Shown: positions 24,276 through 32,000, counted from the stretch's first letter. The stretch is DNA of 32,000 bases from Pyrobaculum aerophilum str. IM2 (GCF_000007225.1 NC_003364.1:1980001-2012000); one strand, 5' to 3'. A program made the numbers and translations. Notes: generated from the letters alone by a model not told the origin.

Positions 24276-25231
24276 TTTCTCACTTTCTGTGCTATACTTG
24301 AAATAATTCCCGCCAAGCCTTGAGGGGCAAATAACAATATCGCTATCACAAAGGCAAACGGAATTACTAATTGGAACTCAGTGGGCACCCCCAAAGGCGT
24401 TAAAATATAAGTGGCGCCTAGGACTAGGCTTAGGCCGACGACATATCCGCCAAGCACTGCGCCGTATATACTGGAGAGACCGCCGACGACAGAAGCCACG
24501 AAAATAACAGGTAGCCTAAGCCAGCCGAGCTCTTCAGTCATGGGGAAGAACATAGCCATATAGATCCCTGCTATCCCCGTCACCGCCCCTATTAATAGCC
24601 ACGCCACTGCGAATACTCTCTCTATATTAATCCCAACTGCTTTAGCTAGGTATAAGTTGTCAATGCTGGCCCTCATTATTACTCCATATCTAGTTCTGTA
24701 CAATAAAAAGTATAATAACAGAGTGACTACAATGACTATAATAGTGGTATTTATTAGAGACGAGGTCAAGAAGTCTGTGCCCGGCCAAATAAACTCCCAC
24801 CGGCTTAAGAGGACATTTCTGCTAAGAATTTGGTAGGTGTTCCGAGTATAATCGGCGATAATGGCCACTATTGCAAATAAAACGTAGTGTACACCAAATG
24901 AAGCGATCATTAGTGGCGTAATTCCGGCCCCTCTCCTGATCATAGGTCTAAAAACTGCTATATAAGTTGCCAAAGCCACAAGACCTGTGACTAGAGCTAC
25001 GAGGGGGAAGGTTAAATATATACTAGCGGATAGTCCAAAAGGTAATAGTAGAAATACAATAGTATAATAGCTCACATAAGCCCCTATTGTGGCTAAATCC
25101 CCGTGCGCAAATGAGGGGATCTTAGTAGTTATGTACGTGAGGTTTAGGCCTAGGCTGAGGAGTACGTAAATATTAGAGAAAATTATAGCTCTTGCAAGAG
25201 TTGGATAGTCTACGTTAATAAATAACTCCAT
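24272..25231 (-). CDS. livH: Branched-chain amino-acid ABC transporter permease (LivH type)
   Basis: Polytopic membrane protein, SFAHGDL motif typical of LivH, positioned upstream of livM. Confidence 0.85.
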   Translation of the reverse strand: MELFINVDYPTLARAIIFSNIYVLLSLGLNLTYITTKIPSFAHGDLATIGAYVSYYTIVFLLLPFGLSASIYLTFPLVALVTGLVALATYIAVFRPMIRRGAGITPLMIASFGVHYVLFAIVAIIADYTRNTYQILSRNVLLSRWEFIWPGTDFLTSSLINTTIIVIVVTLLLYFLLYRTRYGVIMRASIDNLYLAKAVGINIERVFAVAWLLIGAVTGIAGIYMAMFFPMTEELGWLRLPVIFVASVVGGLSSIYGAVLGGYVVGLSLVLGATYILTPLGVPTEFQLVIPFAFVIAILLFAPQGLAGIISSIAQKVRK

Positions 25232-25341
25232 GGCGCCTTGAAAAAGTGTTATAAATAAGCTTTACCATACGATATAATTACATAATATATATAGCATTAT
25301 ATAGCTTGTCAAAGTATTTAAATATTTGAGTCACTCTCCCT

Positions 25342-26691
25342 ATGGCCTCAAAAACTCTATATATAGGAATAATAGTAGCGGTAGTAATTATAGCAATAGC
25401 GGCGGCTTTGTTGTCAATGGGCGGGGGGCAACAGACGCCAACGCAATCCCCAACCACTCCAAGGCCTACACAGTCCCCCACGTCTCCGACCGCCACTCCC
25501 ACTCAGACGCCCACACAGACGAGCCCAACTCCAACTAAAAAGACTGTTTACATAGGAGCCGCGTTGCCTTTAACAGGCGGTTCACAATCATATGGTATTG
25601 GCGTAAAAAACGCAGTTGAACTCGCCGTTGAGGACGCAAATAAAATGTGTCCCAATATTAAATTTGAACTACTCGTAGAAGACACTGGTACAAATCCGCA
25701 ACAAGCTTTACAAAAAGTGCAGACGCTGTATGCAAAGGGGGCTAGGCTAATAGTTGGGCCTATGACCAGCGGAGAAGTAAGCGCCGTCAAATCCTTTGCC
25801 GATCAAAACAAGATTATAATCTTCAGCCCATCCTCAACATCGCCTCTACTCGGCATTCCAGGGGATTGGGTCTACAGAATTGTCCCAACGGATTTCGCCC
25901 AGGCAGCCGCCATTGCGGATCTCCTAAAGACTCTAGGCGTTAAGAGGGCTGTAATTATTTACAGAAATGACGCGTGGGGCGTCGGCCTCAGAAACGCAAT
26001 AACAAACGAGAGTAATAAACTAGGCATAAACATCGTGGCATCACAGGGCTATGACCCAGATCCCAAGGCGTTCCCCACAGCTGTGCCAGAGGCAATAAGA
26101 AAGCTATCGGGCGCATTAGGCCAGCCTGGATCTGACGCGGCAATTATCTTTGTTACCTTTGAAGACGACGGTATAGCGGCTATTCAAGCCGCCGCGTCAG
26201 ACCCAGTGCTGAGCAAGGTGAGGTGGATAGGTACGGACGGAATAGCGTATAGCGATGCGTTAATAAAACAAGTGGGCAAGGAGATGGCCGCCGCAAAAAT
26301 GCTCGGAACAATAGCGGCGCCTGACCCTAACGATCCCAAGTACCAAGAATTTAAACAGAGGTATAAGGCTAAATACGGCAAAGACCCCGTGGCGTATGAT
26401 CCATACGGCTATGACGCCGCTATGATGTTAATGCAAATAGCATGTCAACTGGGCACAGACGACTCCGACAAGGTAAAGGCGACGTTAGAGCAGTGGGGTC
26501 GCCAAGGCACTTACCAGGGCGTTACTGGAAAGGTTTATCTAGACGAGGCAGGGGACAGGGCGTATCCCAATTACGTCATATGGGGAGTTGCGCTTGAGGG
26601 AGGACAGCCTAAGTACGTAGACGCCGCGTATTACTACGGCACAGACAGGAAAATCACAATATTCGACCAAGGCAAACAATTCTTCCAATAA
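25342..26691 (+). CDS. Liv-type (type I periplasmic-binding fold) substrate-binding protein with N-terminal membrane anchor and Thr/Pro-rich stalk
   Basis: TM helix LYIGIIVAVVIIAIAAALL, then the linker QQTPTQSPTTPRPTQSPTSPTATPTQTPTQTSPTPT, then the LivK/J-like core (IGAALPLTGG...GVKNAVELAVEDAN...). Double stop TAATAA. Confidence 0.85.
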   Translation: MASKTLYIGIIVAVVIIAIAAALLSMGGGQQTPTQSPTTPRPTQSPTSPTATPTQTPTQTSPTPTKKTVYIGAALPLTGGSQSYGIGVKNAVELAVEDANKMCPNIKFELLVEDTGTNPQQALQKVQTLYAKGARLIVGPMTSGEVSAVKSFADQNKIIIFSPSSTSPLLGIPGDWVYRIVPTDFAQAAAIADLLKTLGVKRAVIIYRNDAWGVGLRNAITNESNKLGINIVASQGYDPDPKAFPTAVPEAIRKLSGALGQPGSDAAIIFVTFEDDGIAAIQAAASDPVLSKVRWIGTDGIAYSDALIKQVGKEMAAAKMLGTIAAPDPNDPKYQEFKQRYKAKYGKDPVAYDPYGYDAAMMLMQIACQLGTDDSDKVKATLEQWGRQGTYQGVTGKVYLDEAGDRAYPNYVIWGVALEGGQPKYVDAAYYYGTDRKITIFDQGKQFFQ

Positions 26692-26696
26692 TAAAC

Positions 26697-26718
26697 TTTT
26701 TTTGTGTCTAGTTTTTTT
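26697..26718 (+). terminator. Two T7 tracts (26697-26703, 26712-26718) in the 32-nt livK-livG spacer: candidate oligo-T attenuator/terminator
   Basis: Archaeal intrinsic termination uses oligo-T runs. No TATA-like box lies between the tracts and livG ATG 26724. Confidence 0.4.
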
Positions 26719-26723
26719 CGCAA

Positions 26724-27494
26724 ATGGCATCTATTCTTACAGTACAGGGAGTTGTAAAACAGTTTGGCGCATTTAGAGCATTAGACGGCGTTGACGTAGT
26801 AGTTGAAAGGGGTAAGGTCACTTTAATAATTGGTCCAAACGGCTCGGGGAAGACTACGCTAGTAAATGTAATTACTGGCGTATATAAACCAGAGGCAGGT
26901 AAAATATACTACGCAAAAAAAGAGGAAAAGCCTATTGATATAACTGGCTGGCCTCCTCACAAAATATTCGAGGCAGGCATAGTAAGGACTTTTCAAATAC
27001 CACAAATATTCCAGAAGCTTACAGTCTTGGAAAATCTCCTAGCTGTCGCCAGGGGGCAGAGGGGAGAGGGCGTGATCTCGGCCCTATTTAAAAATTGGGT
27101 AAGAGAGGAGGAGCAATTGGCTAAAAAAGCCTTTCAAATTTTAAAGGCCGTTAGGCTTGTGGACAAGTGGGATATGCCCGCCTATTTGTTGTCCGCCGGT
27201 GAGATGAAGCTTTTAGAGCTTGCAAGAGCGCTTATGGCCGGGGCTGACTTGATTATTCTCGACGAGCCAATAGCCGGCGTGCCCATTGATCAAGCCCACG
27301 AAGTGTTTAAAATCGTGAGGAACATCAACCAACAACACGGCATTACATTCATGGTAATAGAACACAGAATTGACATCGCCTTTAAATACGTTGACTACGT
27401 ATACGCCATGGCCAGCGGCAGAGTCATCGCCAAAGGTCTGCCGGACGAAGTTGCAAATGATCCAAAGGTGAAAGAGGTGTATATCGGAGGGTAA
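26724..27494 (+). CDS. livG: Branched-chain amino-acid ABC transporter ATP-binding protein (LivG type)
   Basis: Walker A GPNGSGKTT, signature LSAGEMKLLELARAL, Walker B LIILDEP, LivG-type C-terminus EVANDPKVKEVYIG. Confidence 0.9.
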   Translation: MASILTVQGVVKQFGAFRALDGVDVVVERGKVTLIIGPNGSGKTTLVNVITGVYKPEAGKIYYAKKEEKPIDITGWPPHKIFEAGIVRTFQIPQIFQKLTVLENLLAVARGQRGEGVISALFKNWVREEEQLAKKAFQILKAVRLVDKWDMPAYLLSAGEMKLLELARALMAGADLIILDEPIAGVPIDQAHEVFKIVRNINQQHGITFMVIEHRIDIAFKYVDYVYAMASGRVIAKGLPDEVANDPKVKEVYIGG

Positions 27495-27496
27495 AA

Positions 27497-27510
27497 CTTA
27501 TAAATATAAG
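27497..27510 (+). promoter_or_regulatory. TATA-like box CTTATAAATATAAG for tRNA-Ser(GGA)
   Basis: Centre lies ~22 nt upstream of the mature tRNA 5' end at 27525, directly after the livG stop. Confidence 0.5.
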
Positions 27511-27524
27511 GCCAAGAACGCACA

Positions 27525-27609
27525 GCCGGGGTGGCCGAGCGGCCCAAGGCGCGGGACTGGAGATCCCGTCCCCGTCTAGGGGGCCCGGGTTCAAATCCCG
27601 GCCCCGGCG
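27525..27609 (+). tRNA. tRNA-Ser (anticodon GGA), type II with long variable arm, no intron, CCA not encoded
   Basis: Hand fold: acceptor GCCGGGG/CCCCGGC; anticodon stem CGGGA/UCCCG with loop CUGGAGA; variable arm UCCCCGUCUAGGGGGC; T arm CCGGG-UUCAAAU-CCCGG; discriminator G. Followed by a T4 run. Confidence 0.92.
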
Positions 27610-27622
27610 CTTTTCTATAGAG

Positions 27623-27680
27623 ATAATCAGCCCTGGCCACTGCGGACATGTTATCCGTTGTGAGCCGTCATCACGTTCTT
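27623..27680 (-). ncRNA. C/D box sRNA (2'-O-methylation guide) in the spacer between the two tRNA-Ser genes
   Basis: Minus strand reads GTGATGA (C, 27674-27668) + 12 nt CGGCTCACAACG + GATA (D') + AC + ATGTCCG (C') + 12 nt CAGTGGCCAGGG + CTGA (D, 27630-27627). An A/T box lies ~25-29 nt upstream. Confidence 0.65.
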
Positions 27681-27695
27681 AGTCTTCTCATAGGG

Positions 27696-27711
27696 AAAAA
27701 ATTTAAAATTA
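27696..27711. promoter_or_regulatory. A/T tract AAAAAATTTAAAATTA shared by the C/D sRNA (minus) and tRNA-Ser(GCU) (plus)
   Basis: Centre ~27703.5: 26.5 nt from tRNA 5' end 27730 and ~26-29 nt from the sRNA C box at 27674. Confidence 0.5.
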
Positions 27712-27729
27712 CACTAATAGCTGGCAATA

Positions 27730-27814
27730 GCCGGGGTGGCCGAGTTGGTCCAAGGCGCGGGCCTGCTAAGCCCGTCCCCATACGGGGGCGTGGGTTCAAA
27801 TCCCACCCCCGGCG
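27730..27814 (+). tRNA. tRNA-Ser (anticodon GCU), type II, no intron, CCA not encoded
   Basis: Hand fold: acceptor GCCGGGG/CCCCGGC; anticodon stem CGGGC/GCCCG with loop CUGCUAA; variable arm UCCCCAUACGGGGGC; T arm GUGGG-UUCAAAU-CCCAC; discriminator G. Followed by a T5 run (27817-27821). Confidence 0.92.
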
Positions 27815-27896
27815 CCTTTTTCTCTTAAAGAGCGGGGGATAGACGCAGTGTCAGTTTTGGCTAAAAGTATAAATAATGGCTTAGTTTCTCCCCCCA

Positions 27897-30269
27897 ATGC
27901 AATCGATATATCGAATAATGTGGGCTATAACTCTAGCGGCGTTTTTAAGCGCCCAAGCTCTTGCCCCTACTGCGCAACAACAGTTTAATGTGGCCTTGTC
28001 CTACTCGCCGCCGTATGTTTACCCGGGCTCTATAGTTCAGCTCTATATTACTATTATATCTGCGCAGTCTATGTCAAATGTATATGTCGATATAAACTCG
28101 CCGTTTAAAGTGTTGACAGGGTCTACTGTTCAAATACAACAGATATCTGGCGGCGTGCCGGCTACTGTCGTCGCTGTTGTTCAAGTCCCTCTTGACGCCC
28201 GTCCCGGTTATTACACTATTAAAGTGACTGCGTATACCTTAATGCGCGCTGCTGAGTCCAGCATCGATATTGAGGTATTGCCTTTTGACTTCTCCGCTCT
28301 AGTTGTGCCGAGGATAACGGCCTACCTTCCCGGTCAGCCCGTGCAATTGCCAGTGTTTTTAATCAACCCCACAGCTGATTATTTAAAAGCCCGCGTGTCT
28401 ATTAACGGGTCTGCTGTTCTGCAATATCTCAACTCGTCGCTTTCATGCGACGCAGTAATTCCTCCGAGATCTAATTCTACGTGTTTTCTAAGTTTTATGT
28501 TGCCCGGCTGGCTGAAGCCGGGATTTTACAACGCCACGTTGAGCGTGTCGTTTAGTAGCTTGTCGGGATACGCCGGCTCTGTTACCTTTGTAAAATCTAT
28601 ACAACTGCCGGTTATAAGCGGCGTTGATGTGAACATAATGGCGTCGCCGACGCAACCTGTGGTAATAGGCTCTCCCACGTTAATATCTATTGTAATTTAT
28701 CAAGGGAGTGCGGCTCCTCTTCAAAACGTCACTATCCGCGTGTTAAATGGCGATGGTGTGAGGATTTTGGGCAATAGCGTTTTCACAATACCACTGCTCA
28801 CACAAATACAATTACCAGTTCAGCTTATAATTACAAAGTATGGAGGAATAAAGATACCGGTGGAGATTTGTCATTATTCTATTTGTACAGTCAAATACGC
28901 CGAATTGTTTATTCCGAGTCCTGGCGTAACAGTAAACGCCGTTTTTAACCCGCCTCAGGGCTATCCAGGTTCTGTGGTGCAGTCGACTTTTATTATCGCG
29001 ACAAATTACACCATGTCTAACGTGGGGGTGGAGATCCGAGCTCCATTTAAGGCTTTGACGAGCCCCTCAATATTGTTACCGCTACTCGCCCCCCAATCCC
29101 CCGCTACTATAAACGTAGTTTTCGAAATACCTAAGGAGGTTAGGCCCGGCATCTACCCTATTAATATCACAGTCGCTGGCGCTATGTATACATTTTACTA
29201 CGAAGTGTTAAAGCCCGAGTTTAATGTCGTCGTTACGTTTAACCCGCCAGTGGCGTATCCAGGCGCCGTAGTATCGGGGAATTTAGTAGTTACATCTCCC
29301 TTTAACGCCAAGGATTTAGACATACTCTTATCAACGCCTATGTCTCTTTTATCGCCAACGGGCTACCGCTTGCCCTATTTGCCGCAGGGTCAGCCTTATG
29401 CGGCCTATGTGGTCTTACAAGTGCCCGAGGAGACGCCCCCTGGGAAATACCCTCTGACTGTCTCAGTCAACGGGGTGAACTATACCTTTTATGTCAACGT
29501 CGGAGCGCCTAACGTGGTAATTCAAAATGTAATTGTAACGCCTCCAAGAGAGCTGGAGGGTACTCCAATGGCGCAAGTGGCTTTGCAAGTCCTCAACACA
29601 GGGCCTGTAGTGGCGCGAAACGTCACAATTGTCTTGTTAAACTCCACTATTGGGAGGCAGAGCTACGTGCTGGACTACTTGCCCCCTGGGTCGCCAGTGA
29701 CGTTGACGTATTATGTCAATACTTCAAAACTTCCGCCCGGCCGTTACAACGTCGTTGCAATGGCTAGTTGGAACGGCGGCGTTTATTTAGCAAATGGGCC
29801 GCTGGATGTGGCTAAAAAAGACGTTTTTAAAATAACGCATAAAGTGTATAACGTCGCCCCAGGCTCCACTGCGGTGTTGGTGATTAACATAACTAATCTA
29901 GGCCCAGACGAGGCCAAGAATTTAAGAGTATCCTTTACTCCCTCGCAAGTATTTGAACTACACGCCTCTAATATTGCAGATGTGGCGACCGCCAGCGTCA
30001 GAGTGTTGGGAGATCTCGCGCCGGGCGCGAGCGTCAGCACGGCGTTTTTGCTTGATGTATCTGATAAAACTGTGCCCGGAGTGTACACTATAACGCTGGT
30101 AGCGACGTGGAACCAGACCGGCGTCTTCATGCCAGGAGTTCAGTACATAAATATCCCCATTGAAGTGAGAAGCGGCGTAGATATGTTTATAGTTATTCCG
30201 CTTGTCTTAACGGCGTTGTTAATCATAACGGGTATAGTCATTGCATTACGTAGAAAACGCCGTGGATAG
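27897..30269 (+). CDS. Large secreted, C-terminally membrane-anchored surface protein built from repeated beta-sandwich (CARDB / COG1361 S-layer-domain-like) modules
   Basis: Signal-like N-terminus MWAITLAAFLSAQALA. At least 5 modules share the pattern (F/Y)xPPxxYPG(S/A)VV...PxxxxPGxYxxxV. C-terminal TM LVLTALLIITGIVIAL plus RRKRRG. 13 N-x-S/T sequons. TATA box GTATAAATAA ~25 nt upstream. Confidence 0.75.
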   Translation: MQSIYRIMWAITLAAFLSAQALAPTAQQQFNVALSYSPPYVYPGSIVQLYITIISAQSMSNVYVDINSPFKVLTGSTVQIQQISGGVPATVVAVVQVPLDARPGYYTIKVTAYTLMRAAESSIDIEVLPFDFSALVVPRITAYLPGQPVQLPVFLINPTADYLKARVSINGSAVLQYLNSSLSCDAVIPPRSNSTCFLSFMLPGWLKPGFYNATLSVSFSSLSGYAGSVTFVKSIQLPVISGVDVNIMASPTQPVVIGSPTLISIVIYQGSAAPLQNVTIRVLNGDGVRILGNSVFTIPLLTQIQLPVQLIITKYGGIKIPVEICHYSICTVKYAELFIPSPGVTVNAVFNPPQGYPGSVVQSTFIIATNYTMSNVGVEIRAPFKALTSPSILLPLLAPQSPATINVVFEIPKEVRPGIYPINITVAGAMYTFYYEVLKPEFNVVVTFNPPVAYPGAVVSGNLVVTSPFNAKDLDILLSTPMSLLSPTGYRLPYLPQGQPYAAYVVLQVPEETPPGKYPLTVSVNGVNYTFYVNVGAPNVVIQNVIVTPPRELEGTPMAQVALQVLNTGPVVARNVTIVLLNSTIGRQSYVLDYLPPGSPVTLTYYVNTSKLPPGRYNVVAMASWNGGVYLANGPLDVAKKDVFKITHKVYNVAPGSTAVLVINITNLGPDEAKNLRVSFTPSQVFELHASNIADVATASVRVLGDLAPGASVSTAFLLDVSDKTVPGVYTITLVATWNQTGVFMPGVQYINIPIEVRSGVDMFIVIPLVLTALLIITGIVIALRRKRRG

Positions 30270-31686
30270 CTACGATATTAAATACGCTTGGAGAGCAACG
30301 CCGCTTTTAGGCTCTGTGGCTCTTCTCGTGATGTACACAGAGGCCATGCTCATGCCGAGTCTCCCCAAAATCCAAGCAGAGTTTAACGTAACCCCCGCAG
30401 ACGCCTCTTGGATTTTGACTATATACTTAATCTCTGGGACTATAAGCGCCGCCATATTTGGAAACCTGGGCGATATATACGGGAAGAAAAGGGTGCTGTC
30501 CCTCGTAATGTTGGCGTATGCAATTGCGGTAACTCTCACAGGCTATGCTCCCAATTTTGAAACGTTGCTCCTGTCGCGCGCGATCCAAGGCCTTGGCATG
30601 GCGATGTTCCCACTGGCCTTTTCCCTCATCCGTGAGGAGTTCCCGCCCCACATGGTCCCCACAGCTCAGGGGGTAGTAAGCGCTATGTTCGGCGTAGGTA
30701 TTATTATCGCGTTGCCAGTCGGCGCTTATATAGCCCAGAACTACGGGTGGAGAGCCACTTATCACACGGCCACGCCAATAGCCGTCTTGCTGACCTTCTT
30801 AATAATGATTTACATAAGAGAGAGTAGGTACAGGACGCCAAGGAGTATAGACTTTGTCGGAATTGGCCTTTTCGCCACTATGGCCGCATCGTTTTTACTG
30901 GCCATATCCAAGGGCCCAGACTGGGGCTGGCTCTCGCCGAGAATCACCTCGTTGCTAGCCCTCTCGGCAGTGTCTGCGGCTGTGTTCCTAATTCACGAAC
31001 TAACGACTGACAATCCCTTTATACCAAGAGATATTTTCAACCGCAATGTAATAGCCGCCACAATCGCAATTTTAATAGTGGCATATGCTTTTCAAATGAA
31101 TTCGCAAAATCTCTCATATTTATTCCAAATGCCGCCGCCTTACGGCTACGGACTTACAGTTTTACAGACTGGCTTGTACATGCTACCGCCTGCCGTGGTG
31201 CAAATAATAGTCGCCCCTATTTCGGGGAGATTGATGTGGAGACTTGGGGCGAAGAAGATAGCTACAATAGGCGTTGTATTTGCTGTAATTGGCTATCAGC
31301 TCGCTGCAGCCCATTTGTACAGCGGCGTGTGGACTCTGATCTCCTACGTAACGCTGGGCTTTATAGGCTTGACTCTACTAAACGTCTCTCTCATCAACCT
31401 CCTCACTTTCTCAGTGCCCAGACAACGGCTAGGCGCCGCGACCGGTTTAAACACAGTATTCCGCAATTTCGGCTCAGCCATAGCCCCCACTGTGGCGGGG
31501 ACTGTACTGACAAATTTCAACACTTATGTATATTACAACACGCCGGCAGGCCCCATATACTTCTCAGTTCCTGCCAAGGAGGCATATGTGATAAACATTG
31601 ATATAGCAACCTCTATGTTTATTATCACGCTTTTACCAATTCTATTCTCGAAGGAAGTGCTGGGGGGTAACGCCACGCCTAAATAA
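30241..31686 (+). CDS. MFS transporter, 14-TMS drug:H+ antiporter-like (DHA2/EmrB type)
   Basis: Motif A GNLGDIYGKKRVL; LSRAIQGLG; ~14 hydrophobic segments; 481 aa. Start uncertain: TTG 30241 or GTG 30262. Both overlap the upstream gene's 3' end. Confidence 0.85.
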   Translation: MHYVENAVDSYDIKYAWRATPLLGSVALLVMYTEAMLMPSLPKIQAEFNVTPADASWILTIYLISGTISAAIFGNLGDIYGKKRVLSLVMLAYAIAVTLTGYAPNFETLLLSRAIQGLGMAMFPLAFSLIREEFPPHMVPTAQGVVSAMFGVGIIIALPVGAYIAQNYGWRATYHTATPIAVLLTFLIMIYIRESRYRTPRSIDFVGIGLFATMAASFLLAISKGPDWGWLSPRITSLLALSAVSAAVFLIHELTTDNPFIPRDIFNRNVIAATIAILIVAYAFQMNSQNLSYLFQMPPPYGYGLTVLQTGLYMLPPAVVQIIVAPISGRLMWRLGAKKIATIGVVFAVIGYQLAAAHLYSGVWTLISYVTLGFIGLTLLNVSLINLLTFSVPRQRLGAATGLNTVFRNFGSAIAPTVAGTVLTNFNTYVYYNTPAGPIYFSVPAKEAYVINIDIATSMFIITLLPILFSKEVLGGNATPK

Positions 31687-31695
31687 CGACGTGCC

Positions 31696-32000
31696 ATGAA
31701 CATAAGGCTTATAATATTACTGGGGCTCGTCTCTCTCTTTGCCGACTGGCTGTATGAAAGCATGCGCGCCGTTGCCCCACAATACTTATACGCGCTGGGC
31801 GCCTCTGCGGCTTTTGTAGGGTTTGTCTTCGGCCTCGGCGACGCCTTGGGCTACGCCGCCCGCTTCATCACAGGCCCGCTCGCAGACAAAAGGGGGGGCT
31901 ACTGGCTGGAGACCTTCCTCGGCTACGGCCTCCAAATCGCCGCGGTGGCAGGCCTAGTGTTTGCCAGAGATGTGTGGCAGGTTGCAGGCTTAGTATTTCT
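31696..32000 (+). CDS. Second MFS-type transporter, 5' part only (runs off the right window edge); absent from the ORF track
   Basis: Hand translation from ATG 31696: MNIRLIILLGLVSLFADWLYESMRAVAPQYLYALGASAAFVGFVFGLGDALGYAARFITGPLADKRGGYW... It has TM segments and the MFS loop motif GPLADKRG, and is open to position 32000. Confidence 0.65.
   Translation, partial: MNIRLIILLGLVSLFADWLYESMRAVAPQYLYALGASAAFVGFVFGLGDALGYAARFITGPLADKRGGYWLETFLGYGLQIAAVAGLVFARDVWQVAGLVF

Noticed and set aside
25278-25538. ORFs 25278..25502 (-) and 25326..25538 (+) over the binding-protein 5' region
   Set aside because: They are alternative-frame or antisense readings of the low-complexity Thr/Pro linker and TM anchor of the Liv-type binding protein (25342..26691).
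27395-27842. ORFs 27395..27649 (-) and 27648..27842 (+)
   Set aside because: They are built from the GC-rich tRNA-Ser genes and their spacer (translations are Gly/Pro/Arg-rich). The region is fully explained by two tRNAs and one C/D sRNA.
21803-31763. Remaining shadow ORFs (21803..22030, 22055..22237, 23110..23385, 25548..25790, 26184..26381, 26539..26730, 29783..30130, 30270..30765, 31236..31601, 31533..31763)
   Set aside because: Same reasoning: they are embedded in argS, rpl7ae/livM, the binding protein, the surface protein or the MFS genes.
1-32000. Scan for CRISPR repeats, IS elements/transposases, integrases, toxin-antitoxin pairs and defence-system hallmarks
   Set aside because: There are no regularly spaced direct repeats, no terminal inverted repeats flanking an ORF, and no recombinase, transposase or Cas-like motifs. 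The only long repeat is the intragenic oppD/oppF tract.

Overview
Gene-dense archaeal chromosome segment, roughly 90% coding. The gene content is TFB, a TFE-beta-like factor, Gar1, L7Ae, ribosomal proteins uL24/eS4/eS8/eL21/eS28/eL24, aIF5A, aSUI1, Rpo4/F, SRP19, a GPN-loop GTPase, a class I CCA-adding enzyme and an aCPSF2-type beta-CASP RNase. GC is about 50%, A/T-rich TATA boxes sit ~25 nt upstream of most start codons (leaderless mRNAs), and many genes share 4-nt start/stop overlaps. Together these suggest a hyperthermophilic crenarchaeon of the Thermoproteales (Pyrobaculum-like); the taxon is inference only. The window also carries an oligopeptide-type ABC ATPase pair with no partner genes, a divergently arranged branched-chain amino-acid (Liv-type) ABC system, two tandem tRNA-Ser genes, a 790-aa multi-repeat surface protein and two MFS transporters. 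I found no CRISPR array, transposase, integrase or recognisable defence island, so this is mostly core housekeeping DNA. Features absent from the ORF track: two canonical C/D box sRNAs on the minus strand (7804-7862 and 27623-27680), the 58-aa eL24 gene (22520-22696), the two tRNAs, a partial MFS gene at the right edge and a 38-aa candidate ORF. Items most worth follow-up: (1) a PD-(D/E)xK nuclease-fold protein with a ~100-aa Cys-bearing insertion, translationally coupled to argS; (2) the two sRNAs, each sharing a single A/T tract with a divergent gene; (3) a serA / class-V aminotransferase / DUF89 phosphatase overlapping operon, a candidate for a missing phosphoserine phosphatase; (4) a TFE-beta-like / thpR / cca operon with 4-nt overlaps; (5) an 87-bp perfect repeat between oppD and oppF; (6) an unexplained 552-bp ORF-free gap at 564-1115. 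Several ORF-track starts are too long and were re-called from TATA spacing. All functional calls come from motif recognition by eye; no database search was run.
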